The translations under genes and the position numbers were made by a program. The notes below the pieces were generated by a model. It was not told the origin of the DNA, searched no databases, and worked only from the letters and a program-made list of their open reading frames with translations. A DNA stretch of 64,000 nucleotides, counting the filler, from Perkinsus olseni (taxonomy: Eukaryota): NCBI GenBank assembly GCA_013115125.1. It is 20 parts of 20 records of this genome, joined end to end, with 100 filler letters (N's around TTAATTAATTAA, not from the genome) between each part and the next. Parts side by side here need not be neighbours in the genome. Positions count along the whole stretch, not along the records: positions 48,623 to 51,657 come from JABANN010001460.1; positions 51,758 to 54,790 come from JABANN010001461.1; positions 54,891 to 57,914 come from JABANN010001462.1; positions 58,015 to 60,997 come from JABANN010001463.1; 16 more parts are not named here. One strand, 5' to 3'. Below are positions 48,623-60,610 of this stretch, piece after piece (position 1 is the first letter of the stretch; every line of letters begins with the position of its first letter).

Positions 48623-51600
48623 GGTCGCGGATCTGGCAAAGGCAAGGGCAAGGGCCGTTTTGGTCTACATAAGCCCCTTGGTAAGCCCTTTTGCGACTTC
48701 TGTGACCGGCCAGGACATCATACTGCACAATGTCGCAAGTTGAAGAAGGTCAAGCAGACCCTCCAGGAGCCAGGACCACCTCCGGCATCCACCACTGTGC
48801 CGTCTAGCCAGGTAGGCCTCCCCATGGTGAAGCACCACGGCCGCTATTTCCTTATCGACTCAGGTGCCCAACAATCCCTGATCAGTAAGCGGCACGCTGA
48901 TGAGCTCGGCCTTGTGCTCACCCCACAAGAGACTGTATATAGTTCCTTGACCACCCATTTTACCACTCCATTCCGCACTGTCTTGCGAATTCTTGGGGTG
49001 TGTTTAGTTGTGAACGTCACAGCGGAGGCTACCCTCTTCCCCCTCAGTGGGAAGCAAATCGACGGCATACTGGGTTGCGATTTCATCGCCACGTTCGGAA
49101 GCGTTCTCCTCACAACCACGCTTTCGGGTACGCATGGTCCCACCGTGAAAGCTGTCCTACCCGACTCCCCACTGACTCCCATTTCTTTTCCCTGCCCACC
49201 CCACCCCTCAGTCAGTGGGAGCGCGCTTGCCATCCCTTCTTGCGACGAGGTTACCGCGGAAATTGTCCGCAAGGACTTCACGGTCCGCCGCTACCGCCGC
49301 TCGGACGGGTCGCAGTACTGGCAGTGTACCTGGGTGTGGAAGAGCCCTGAGGCTGCTCAGCGCGCAGCTCGGTTCCGCCCGGCGGTCTACCAAGCTCAAT
49401 TTGACCAATTTCCTCCTGCGGTACACAAGCTCTGGCGCGCGGAGCTCCAATTGTGGCAGGACTGGGGGTTCATCCGCCAGGTACAGCGAGACGATCTCCG
49501 CTCTTCCATTACCTTGATTTTGATCTCTCAACCCCATAAAAGTTCCACGCCAGTGCGCCCCGTTCTTGATTTCAAGCCGGTGAATGCTGGCTTAGTGTCG
49601 TATCCGAACGAAACCGGGCATATCACTTGTGGAGCGACATTGCGCCGCTGGCGAGCCGGCTACTCCCATGAAGGTCGTCTTACCGAGTCCTGGGTTCTCA
49701 TGGACATCAAAAAGGCATACATGTGTATTCATATGCATCCCACGTGCTCGGTATATCAAGGTATTACCTTGGTTGACGACGACGGTACCCGCACTTACTG
49801 GGAGCTCACTCGCCTTGCGTTCGGGGTGTCCATAGCTCCAAAGGTTTTGCGTGCGGTGATTGACTTTATCTTGGTTGAGGCCGGCATCGACGGTGGCGTC
49901 GAGCCCTACTTCGACGATCTACGCGTGCCTAAGTCGCAGCTAGACCAGGTCGTCACGGCTCTCAATCACAACGGGTTCAGCTTGAAGGACCCCGAAGAGG
50001 CAGAGACTGCCCGCATCCTGGGCCTGCAACGTGCAGCAGGCAACATTTGGACTCGCCGCAGCCCGATCGGTCCCATTCAAGGTTCCACCTATCACCATCT
50101 CAAGTCTTGGGTAGCGACCTTAGCGTGTTCACACTACCCAGTCTTACGATGGTTGCGACCAGCGGCTCGCGGGTTGGAGCGGATAGCCCATCTTGAGAAT
50201 CCTTCCGCTTCCAAGTCCACACCACTTTCGCACACCATTTTGCGGAAGTGCGAGGCATTGTATCACGATATCTCTTCCCGTGGTGATCCGGCAACCGGTA
50301 CATTTACCGTTGATGCCGGGTCCACATGGAAATTGTTTTGTGATGCCTCTGATTCTGGCTTAGGCGCCTGCCTTTATTTCGGCCCTTCCTATGTCGAGGA
50401 TGTCTCTTGGTTGCGAAAGCTCAACGACATCCGGCCCATCGACGTAGTGGAATTAGAAGCCGTCCTCCGAGGCCTTAATGCTTTGGTCCTCCCTTGGCGC
50501 CGGGCCCTCGGTTTGACAGGACAACAGCCGGTTGAGGTCTACACGGACAACCGGCCAGTCCTCGGGCAACTCCAGCGGAAGCTTGCGTCTCACTGGCATT
50601 CCAGCAAGGGCCTCACGGCCGGTTCTGCTGAGTCTCGACTTCAGATGATAGAGGATACCATCGAAGTTTCAGGCTTGTCAGTGACCTACCACTACGTGGA
50701 GAGTGAGAGGAATCCGGCCGATCATCTCACTAGAGTTCCTACGTATCTCCGTTGGCTGCGCCCCGCTCACCGACCCCCCGCCCCACAGTTGGCTGCTCCT
50801 GCACTCGTAGCGGACACTCCGGAGTCGTGGCGCGACGTTTCCACAGCCGATAGTGCCGGTTTACACCTCCCAGAGTCACACTTGGATGCCTTCCTCGCTG
50901 AGGTTCATGACGACCACCACGAGGGTTCTGAAGGTTTATTCAATCGTTTGCGTGGCTGGGTTCGCGCACCTGGCTTACGGGCGCGGTGCCGCCATACGAT
51001 CCAGCAGTGCGCTATTTGCAGAGCAAGCAAAGCGCACCCGTTTCAGAACTCTGATGGTCTCCAGGTGGACGACGGAATCGGGCGAAAACGTACCAGAACT
51101 CCAGCAGAGGTTGCTGACACACGACGGTCTTCGGTACCGTTTAACAAGTTACACTTGGACATTGTCGGCCCATTCCGTAAGGTGAACGATCGCCCTCAGT
51201 TTTACGTGATTACCTGCATCTGCAACGCAACCGGCTATGCCCTTGGCAAGCCTGTACGGTCAACTCCTGTCGGCAAGGATGTGATCGACCTTCTGTCTCA
51301 TATCTTTGCGACGTTCCACACACACCCACTGGTGTTGTGTACCGATGGGGGTTCGAACCTCGTGTCCGGGCAGGTCACGGAATTCTTGATGGGGTACGAC
51401 ATCCTTCCGCAAGTTACGGCAAAGAACACGTCTCTTAGTAATGGACGCATAGAACGTCTGCATCGCACCATGGAGGAATACCTCCGCTCGCACGTGCGGT
51501 GCGATCAGATCTCCTACACCGTCTTCCACCGCACTGTCGGTGAGTTCTTGCGCATGTACAACACTACTCCTCTCAGAGGTGGGCAGAGCGCGCATGACAA

Positions 51601-51657
51601 GGTTTTCACGTTTCCGGCCAACTGTGACCGTTTCCGTCCAGTGCGAACCCGTCCCGA
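48623..51657 (+). mobile_element. LTR retrotransposon gag-pol, Ty3/gypsy domain order, uninterrupted ORF
   Basis: Zinc knuckle CDFCDRPGHHTAQC, protease LIDSGA and ILGCDF, RT RPVLDF / DIKKAY / YFDD, RNase H FCDAS / ELEA / YTDN / NPAD, integrase H..H..CAIC, LDIVGP, TDGG, NGRIER. Confidence 0.93.
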
Positions 51658-53591
51658 NNNNNNNNNNNNNNNNNNNNNNNNNNNNNNNNNNNNNNNNNNN
51701 NTTAATTAATTAANNNNNNNNNNNNNNNNNNNNNNNNNNNNNNNNNNNNNNNNNNNNTCCCTCGAAGGGACTGCCTCAAAAAGTCTCCTGGATATGGTAC
51801 ACAAAGACTTACACAATACGCGCAACTTACATCTACGCGCAAAGCATGAAGTCTTCATGCCCTCAAGGCCTGGGCCTAAGATTCTTCGCTCTCAGAGCAA
51901 ATTGTCTTCCGCTTGAGCCTTGGAATGAATATAACATCAGCAGATGTGCCTCGTCCCCTATCGGACACGATAAGCGGTGACCGGAATGAGATCGCGTGCG
52001 TGCGTGTGGTGCACGCATGCTCAGCGATTTCGTGACGAGCGGAATATTCGTTCTGTGCCTTCAGATGGGACGGTCCCTTGCCACGGCGACTCCGGTCTCC
52101 GAGACAGAGCTTGATGCGAATGCCTGCTTAGATCAGCTGCAAGCCTCGCGATGGCAGTGAGGATAGCGCGAAGGCGCACCACGCCTGAAATTTGGGCCCT
52201 GTATCGCCTGAATATGTCACCAGTAGTGACTCGCTGCTATCGCTGTACGGCAGCCATAAGTTACCCCACGAGGATCTCGTTTTTTGAGAGGAATCAGAGG
52301 ACGACGGGCAGCAGAAGTTCGTCTAACTGAACCGCTTTCGGGCGCCAGCCGCATCACGCATGCGACTCGTTGAATGGCCACCAAGTCACTGACCCGGGAG
52401 GTCTAACTGACTAGCGTCGAAGGGTCGACGGGGACATGTCATCTGTCTCCATCGTGGGCGGTTGAACGTCGCGTGAATCACGAGGGAGTGCCTCGGACGT
52501 GATCTCCTGTTCGGAGAGGCTGGTGTTGAGGTCGGGAAGCTGCGTCCCGACCGAAGCTCTACCAGCGTCCCGGACGCTGGTTGACTCGAGTGCCATGAAA
52601 TGGATGAGCAGAAAAAATACAGCTCAATTGGTTAGCCCACTAAAGAGCTTGGTGCACAGTAGAAGAGGCTCTCCTCCACTGTTCGCCAAGCTCGATCGAG
52701 CTCGGCGGACTCCTCTACTTGTTGTTGGCTGGAGCACATCGGTCGGCACGCAAGCGCTGTCTTCGTGACTACGAGCAGATATTGCGCTGAAGCGTGATCC
52801 CTATATTGAGCTACAAGCTCATCGTTGATTGGACAGATCGCCTATAGCAGATGATACAGATCCCCGAGGCTGAAAGCAGCCAGCCTTCTGGAGACACAGA
52901 TTATACGTTAGAGCTCACTCAGATAAGGAATGTATTCAGTTGTGTTGGATCAATTAGCGGGAGTCTCTCACTGATATGCGGTCGGGCGAACCAAACAGAG
53001 TTTCACTTTCGTCGAGAAGCCGTGGTCGATCATTGCCATCGTGACAGTGTCATGGAAGCAGTTATTCACATGTTATAACTGCTATCAAAATTGTGACAGA
53101 ACGAGTGGTACTATCATCAAGCCAGCAAGGCTCCAACTACGATATGAAAAATTCGTGATAGGATGGCTCAGTTGAGCAAATACGGCTGACGGTCGTCTCT
53201 CAGCGCAAGGCGCCTCTCAAACAACTAAGGAGTGCCTACGGTAGGAGCAAAGGGATCCAAAGAGCCGCATTGACTGAAAAATGCTCACGATAGGAAAAGC
53301 CCGGTTTGCTTCATATATGCAACGCCAAACGGCCATCACGCTTCAACTGTCAGAACCTCGGGGCTTGCGGTCGAATCCCTTGAAACTCTGCTGATACTGA
53401 GAGGCTCCTTGCCCTCATCTAATCACTACACCAGTGACACTAGTTACGCAACTGTCGGTTGCTATTACAGACATCTCAATCATGAATCTTGCTAAACATA
53501 CAACTTACATCAGCACACACTGGCGGAGCGAGAGAATCACTTCTTCTCAGCCGCGGTTGGGGGGGGGGGGGGGGCCCCCCCGCGCCCCCCC

Positions 53592-53640
<49 letters not shown>

Positions 53641-53679
53641 GGGGGGGGGGGGGGTGGTGGGGGGGGGGGGGGGGGGGGT

Positions 53680-53723
<44 letters not shown>

Positions 53724-53835
53724 GTATNNNCAAAAAAAAAAAAACTAACACCCCCCCCCCCGGGGGGCCCCCCAAAAAAACCCCCCCCCCCGGGGGCCCG
53801 GCCCGGGGGGCCCCCCCCCCCCCCCAACCGCGGCT

Positions 53836-54252
53836 ATTCGACGGCTTATTCTCGCCAATTACAGAATTGGCAATGACAATTGTCTTCTCCGCCTGATCGG
53901 TCTTCTTATTGACGGCATCGAACAGCCAATCGAGATTTTTCTTGCCGTAACCCTCAGGAGCGTTAAAGGCTAGGAAGTGGTATATTTTCTCGCATTTGTA
54001 TGTGTCACTGTCCCAGTCCCAGTCGATAGTCTTCATGAGACGATCTATATCGCCTTCCTGTAGATGACCCAAAGGTGAGAATGGACCTCCCTCCGAAAGC
54101 GTCTCCTCCGCTTGGAGTCTGTCATAAGCTTCTCTCGGTCCCACCTCGATTTTCTTGTACTTTCGATTAGCTAGCCCACGACTGCATCCGAGAGCGGTCG
54201 CGGACAGCTCGTCTTTGTTGTCTCTGAGGGGAAAATCCACTCCCAGAAGCAC
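53836..54252 (-). CDS. Hypothetical protein fragment interrupted by a poly-G/poly-C insert
   Basis: Protein-like frame ...GPFSPLGHLQEGDIDRLMKTIDWD...CEKIYHFLAFNAPEGY... running into the inverted-repeat block. Confidence 0.45.
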
Positions 54253-55653
54253 TCTGAGCTTCGAAAGTATTCTCGCTGGGAGTAAGAATACACTGTATTC
54301 GAGACTGATGACGATAAGGCCCTCTCGGAGAGGAGTAATTTGAACTCATGTCGAAGAGGTTCAACCCCACAATGACACTGTGAGGCATCTTACTTGATTC
54401 TCAAATGACGCTCGTAGAGCGCTTCCGTCGAGTCTGCCTTCATCATGAAGGCTTCATGTGAGTGAACGCCTTCTCTGCTGTGTCTAGTTGAATCCAGAGC
54501 TCCAGCCGGCTGTGTCTTAAATTTTCATAATTCGTGTAAACCCATTCCAGATAACAGAGACTGCCCTCCTTCTCATCTTGTTCATGCCTGATTTCAATCT
54601 GCAATAGAAAACAAGATTCGACGGTCTGGGTACTGGCGTATACAAAAAGCGGGAAGCTTGACTCAGCAAGTTACATAAGCCGTAGAAGGATCCATGTCCC
54701 CGAAGTTAACGTGCTCTCTCGCCTGAAAACAGATTTTAATGGACGAACGATAGTCGAACTCAATTGGCATGTCCAAGAAAAAGGCTACTTNNNNNNNNNN
54801 NNNNNNNNNNNNNNNNNNNNNNNNNNNNNNNNNNTTAATTAATTAANNNNNNNNNNNNNNNNNNNNNNNNNNNNNNNNNNNNNNNNNNNNTCTAAGCAGA
54901 GCCGATGGGGCCGGCAGATAGAGATCATCCTCTCCAAACCTTTTTGGACCACACAGCAGACCGGAAACGAACAGTACTCGCCCGGCAATGGGGGCATCCA
55001 ACAGGTTTTCGTCCCACCGACGGGCAACGGTAGCATGGCTAACACCATGACTCATGGTCCATGAGGCCAACTTCCGATGAGGACCACTTCCATAGCCAAT
55101 CATAACGCCGTTATGATTGCAGTCATATGACATGACATTATGATGATGTATAATGTGATGATATTATGACGTGGGAGGCTCAGGCCTTCCACGACCGTTA
55201 TGATAACGGTCATGGAAGGCCTGAGCACAGAACCGAGGTATAAGATAGCTGTAGTTGTGATCGAGGTTCAACTCGAAGGGAGGGCTTTCCGGTATCGAAA
55301 TGCCCTTCCGACCCAAGGCCTGAGAAACCCCAAGAGGGACACTAGATTTTACCGTTATCGCCGAGTTGAGGCCTGACGGTGCAGACATTAAGGAGACCAC
55401 CTCAGGATCCGTTGCCGAGGTCACCGTACGGGCGCAGAGTTCGCTCCTCTCGAACCCGCTATCCTCAACCGACATTATACTCGCCGAACAAGGCGAGCTG
55501 AAGGATCTTCGCCGGACCTGTAAAGGCGTGAGCTTCCTGGTAGGATCCCCTTGGACTTGTTCTGGAGCGGGCGGTCAGTCCATGACTTCCGCTAACACAC
55601 CTAGCATGCCGCGCGCGCCATCGCGGATATCGCGATGAGAGCCGCTCTAGCAC

Positions 55654-55860
55654 GTGAACCTGTCCAAAAACCAGGAGCGTGGCGCTGTACCGGTAGCAGT
55701 TGACGCGTCTTGGGTACTCCACAAATGGGTAACTACTAACCAGGAATCAGACCGGGATCTTACGGACGTTGTCGGGAGATTCTACCGCTTCGCCATATTC
55801 TCGAAGCTCGTCCCATCAGTCTCTCGTATCATACGATTCGTATCCTATCTTCACATGCAG
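55654..55860 (+). pseudogene. Remnant resembling an XPG/Exo1 nuclease N-terminus
   Basis: VAVDASWVLHK resembles the Exo1 VAVDxxxWLHK motif. The later VFDG motif is absent. Confidence 0.35.
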
Positions 55861-56651
55861 GGAGCGGAGGGCCGATTCGAGGTCGCAGGGTGGCGCCCGG
55901 GACTGAACTCATTGACATTGAACTCGAGAAAGGGCGTACTTGATGAGTGGGAATCTAGGAGTGCGGTAAACCAATATAATCGGGTTCATCGTGACCCATA
56001 TGAGTTGACTAGAAGACGGCCACCGCTCGGCCCGAGGAGACCACGGATGGATATTGAGTGCTGAAGGAGACAGACTTACATCGGCCATCACCGGGATGCA
56101 CAAGCGCCCCCTCAAAGCGACTATTCCAGAAAAATTGTGACACAATGTTCAATAGACAATTCGATAANNNNNNNNNNNNNNNNNNNNNNNNNNNNNNNNN
56201 NNNNNNNNNNNNNNNNNNNNNNNNNNNNNNNNNNNNNNNNNNNNNNNNNNNNNNNNNNNNNNATAGTGTTGGAATGCTCCTAGTGTATTTGCTAATGCCA
56301 AATAAACTAGGAGCATTCGAGCTCTACGAGTCGTTAGGGCAGGCGAGAGCCTCGCCCGAAGCCATCAAACGAGATCAGAATGCTAAGCCGAGACGCCAAG
56401 GCATCCTCGCAGCAACGCTATCAGCAGGCATGACACAGATGGCATGCGCTCAGAGCAAGGCTTTACTCATCGAAGTGCAGCCAGCTAGCACCGACAGATA
56501 TCTCATATACTCTCATTGAGAGTCTCATCGAGGGATTTTGATGTATTATAAAGTTGCTGACGGCCAGACAAAAATTAAGCACAAATGATTTTTACTAAAG
56601 ACTCTTCACTGGAGTCATTAGCTAATACGGTTAGAAGCTTGAAAAGTATCG

Positions 56652-57772
56652 TCAATAGTATAGTGCCGCGTAAAGTAGAGACGAACGATTCTTGACGGGC
56701 AGGTCAAAGTCAACGGTTTGCAAAGAAAATCCACGCAGGCCTCTCTCTTCAATAAGGTGGGTCTTCTCAACAACTTGTTGCTGCGACTGGTATACGTAGT
56801 CTTCAAAGTAGCCATTCGAGAATGGAGGCGCCCCTTTCTTGCTCAATTCGAAGTAAGTCGAAGGTTGTAGGGTCAGTTTTTGATACCCTTGCGCTGCAAC
56901 CTGAAATCACACAAAACAGCGGGAAGCGTACTTCCCTATCGACCAGCCTTGCGGACTGGGAAGCCGCGTAGCGCGTGCCGTAACTTACCGATAGCTCAAT
57001 TCGTCGTGGCGATATTCCCAGGGTAACGAGACGTTCAACCACCGCACGTGCGAACCTATCATCAACGGCGCGAGAGTCGACCACGCCTGGACTCCCGAAG
57101 TGGACTGAGATGGTATTGTAGTAGCGGCCAAGCCTGGCTGGTCGTATATACTGCCACAGAGGTGAGTCGAAGGGCTCTGCCGCGAAACTGAGAACACACC
57201 ATATGTCGTTACATCAGAAGCCTGCCAACGATCAGCCGACTTTCGCAACATGAGAGAAAAGCTCATACTCACCCAAGCGATGCCCTCAGGGACTTTCCGA
57301 GCCTAGTCCTCAGCTTAGTGCGAATGATCCAGCCGATCTTCCTCGCGATTTGCCAGGAGAATTGCTGACAATTTCCGACCCAAATCCAAAATGTCACCTC
57401 GTCTACGTCATACTGAGTGACGTAAGACTGAAGCTGATGCTTGAGAGTGGTGAAATTGAATGTACTGCGGGAGCATTCATCGAAGGGATAGTCATCTGTC
57501 CACAGTAGAAGGGACATGCTCGTCCCGAACTTCTTGGCGCAATCGGCGATTTCATTGACCTTCGTGACATTGAGCACCTCAGAGAATACCGAGCCATCGT
57601 TGACCACTGTGGTGCCCTCTAGGAGGAATTTATTGACGCCCAGGGAGAACATTCCGCAGATATCATTCGTCGGTAGTAACCACTCTTGACTACTAAAGGA
57701 CACATCCACGCCACCACTACATAGCATAAAGGCGAATAAGATGGCAATAATTGAGTGAGGCCTGCTGACCAT
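56652..57772 (-). CDS. Secreted GH18 (chitinase-like) fold protein lacking the catalytic motif; frame breaks present
   Basis: Signal MVSRPHSIIAILFAFMLCSG, LQSYVTQYDVDEV, LVTLGISPRRIELSV and YQSQQQVVEKTHLIEERGLRGFSLQTVDFDL..SLLYA match GH18 barrel landmarks. Confidence 0.6.
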
Positions 57773-58696
57773 GTCGGATAACAATTGTGACTGATTGAGA
57801 TGAGGGCAAGGTACCAAGCTTGTCACGGCTTGCCTTTACCCTCCCTCGAAGGGACTGCCTCAAAAAGTCTCCTGGATATGGTACACAAAGACTTACACAA
57901 TACGCGCAACTTACNNNNNNNNNNNNNNNNNNNNNNNNNNNNNNNNNNNNNNNNNNNNTTAATTAATTAANNNNNNNNNNNNNNNNNNNNNNNNNNNNNN
58001 NNNNNNNNNNNNNNACAGGGGTCCATCATAGAGAGCATATCGGCATTTCTGCGGAGGTTTGAGGAAGACATCAAAGGGGAGGCGGGGATGGTGTGAAGGC
58101 CGCATGCTCACGTCTTCACGGTGTACTCGCTCACATGGATGCCCGTTGTGGTCGTGTTGAGCTGGGTTATCACGTCGTGAGGAGTGTGGCTCTGATGATT
58201 CCCTCCAGTTTTTTCATTATGATCGTGGAGCATTCGAGCGAGGTAATTGAGGAAGAAATTCAGGAGACAACCATCTGCTGAATCCCCACGTTTCGAGCGA
58301 AGTTTTCTTCCGACACCTCAGGCTGACGTTCTGAGCGCGGCCGTCGTAAAACTGTGAGTCTAACGACTTCTGCATGCGGTGCGGATTAAGCATTTGTCAG
58401 CCCTTCAGTGGCCTCCTCGTATTTTATTTTTGGACATTATTTCGCGTGCAGTGAGGCTACGGGCTAGTGGATTCTTTTCCACAGTTCTTTCGAGATTTCA
58501 AGATCGGCTGGGAGACGAGACGCATCGGCGCATCTTTCGTACTCGATCATTCTATGTCTCCTAGTCCCCCCGGAGCCGCTTGATGACATCTTCGTGGGGT
58601 GATCTCTCACAGGAACGCTGAGGACTCTTTGCAAGTGTCGTGATCATATCGGAGTAGTCTCTTCACAGTTGAGTTGTCATTTTCGATCGACATTAT

Positions 58697-60022
58697 ATGA
58701 ACACAATTCTGCTCCTGGTGTATTCGCTCTTGTCAGAACGTGTGACAGGATTCGGCGGGGGAAGAGGAAAGTCGCCGAAAGGATTCGTCACGTCCGACAG
58801 TCTTCCTGCGGGGACGTACAAAGCGGTTGAACAGAATGGCACAATCTGTCCGGAGCTTCCACGTCTGGTCAGCTTCGAGATGGTGGTTACCAATGGTGGA
58901 AGGGGACAGCTGGCGAGCTTCAATGCGGAGGTTCTATCTATCGAGTCATCTGCCATTCGGCATTCGATTGATGGTCCAAAGAAAGCGGCTCTGGTGTGGC
59001 ACAGTTATAATAATGTGTGGGCGTTGAGACAATTCGGTTCGCTGCAAGTTGGACTCTCTCCAAATTGCTTCCACGTGGAGCCCAAGAACGCAACATCTAA
59101 TTTTATTTTTCATTTCTACAGACGCCTAGGCCTGGTAACGCCGTCACGTCTTCCTTCCCAACTGGTCTTCTGCCGAACCGAGATCGGGATAATCGTTGGT
59201 ATTGGGCGGAACGGACGCTATGACGGGCACTTCAAATCTACTGCGTACGGCATCCGAATAGCCCTGTCGGAGGGTTCTCCCGGGGACGATGATGTGCCAG
59301 AGAAACCGAAAAAACGTTCCTCTCACTTCCAGGCTGGAGGGGGACCACTGAAACTCGCGAAGAGACAGGAAGGTTCGGATGCCTCCGATGGTTCGGCCAA
59401 GTCGTCGTATGAATCACCCGTTTCCGGCCTGGCACTATCCGGAGCACTTCACTCGAGAAGGGGTGATGATGAAACTGGTGGAGGAAGTTCGACCTTCGGC
59501 GTGGGTGCCCATTCACAGCCAGGTATAGCCTTCCCTGCCGAAGCAGTGACTGAGGAGTGGGAAGGGCAGCACGTAGTTCCTTATGGCGAAGCAGATCATC
59601 GGGTATCTCCGCCTATTATACCCGATGGCGAATATGAGACACTTGGAACCGGTCTCGATGATGTCAGGAAGATCACTGTGAACGTCCGAACCGACGCTGA
59701 GACACACCAACGTTGGGTTGGGCTGAGGGTCGAGCTAGGTGCGTATGAGTGGCCACTATACTTCTCTGAAGTAACGGCCGATAGTCGGGAAGGCTGCCTC
59801 TATCTTGACTACTCTGATCAAGAGCATTCTGGCGACCTTGGGCTCCTGGGAGCGTGCATTCAATTTCATCCCGGGCCGCTGGTTTATCCCCGGATTTGTC
59901 GGGACGCGGGAGGTGGATGGTCATTGAGGTTCAACAAGACAGGCTCGAGTGGTGGTACGGATGGTGAAAGTCCGACTCCGTTTACCATCGACATCAAGCT
60001 CCATGCAGTCCTGCCTTCTTGA
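58697..60022 (+). CDS. Secreted two-domain lineage-specific protein, 441 aa
   Basis: Intact ORF with signal-like N-terminus and two segments opening LPAGTY and IPDGEY, separated by a low-complexity linker. Confidence 0.75.
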   Translation: MNTILLLVYSLLSERVTGFGGGRGKSPKGFVTSDSLPAGTYKAVEQNGTICPELPRLVSFEMVVTNGGRGQLASFNAEVLSIESSAIRHSIDGPKKAALVWHSYNNVWALRQFGSLQVGLSPNCFHVEPKNATSNFIFHFYRRLGLVTPSRLPSQLVFCRTEIGIIVGIGRNGRYDGHFKSTAYGIRIALSEGSPGDDDVPEKPKKRSSHFQAGGGPLKLAKRQEGSDASDGSAKSSYESPVSGLALSGALHSRRGDDETGGGSSTFGVGAHSQPGIAFPAEAVTEEWEGQHVVPYGEADHRVSPPIIPDGEYETLGTGLDDVRKITVNVRTDAETHQRWVGLRVELGAYEWPLYFSEVTADSREGCLYLDYSDQEHSGDLGLLGACIQFHPGPLVYPRICRDAGGGWSLRFNKTGSSGGTDGESPTPFTIDIKLHAVLPS

Positions 60023-60264
60023 AGAGGTGACATCTCATCGCTGCCAACATCGGAGGGAAGGGGGCTTCTGCCGCCCGTGCAAAACATAGCATCTCATGAC
60101 TTGCCCTTCTAAATGATTGATTGATGTCGATGTCGAACGAAAGTTTTGTGTTCTTCGTAGAGCGTCGGTCTCGCTTACTTGCCGTACCTCTCCGATGGTT
60201 CAACTTCCAAAGTCGTGCACCTAGGGGACCGGGGGAGTCCAGAGCAGCACATCCTACCGGGGAT

Positions 60265-60610
60265 CTGGGTAGCAATTCTACGCAGGAGGATCGGCGTGAG
60301 CGGAATTACCCCACAGGGCCTGTGAGCGCACAAGAGGGGCCAAGAGTGCGCTCCCAAGATTGCAAGGAAGTCGCGGTAGTTCAATAAAGTTCAATGATGG
60401 AGCTAGCCAGGTGCTAGCAATAGGTACTCGACCCAGACCGGGCATAGAGTTGCGCAGGTCTCGTGTCCTACTGAACCGTGGAGGCTCCGAACTGGTAGGC
60501 GGCAGACACAGGCTACCGCCTTGCCACTGGCTCTGACACTGATGAAGATCGAACAAGTCAGAACAGAGCCACTCACCGTTCACGGTCCCGACCTCTGCAT
60601 TATTGTAATT
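60265..60610 (-). repeat. Second copy of the dispersed repeat at 17770-18210
   Basis: Shares the 43-bp block (41 identities), the GCGCAC/GTGCGC stem and the WLCSDL..HQCQ-encoding segment. Confidence 0.75.

Noticed and set aside
53434..53896. Poly-Gly and poly-Pro (formin- or extensin-like) ORFs
   Set aside because: They derive from a low-quality homopolymer tract containing Ns.
60280..60345. Faint resemblance to the LSU rRNA peptidyl-transferase region
   Set aside because: Only a few short words match, the conserved GGGATAAC is absent, and there is no flanking rRNA sequence.
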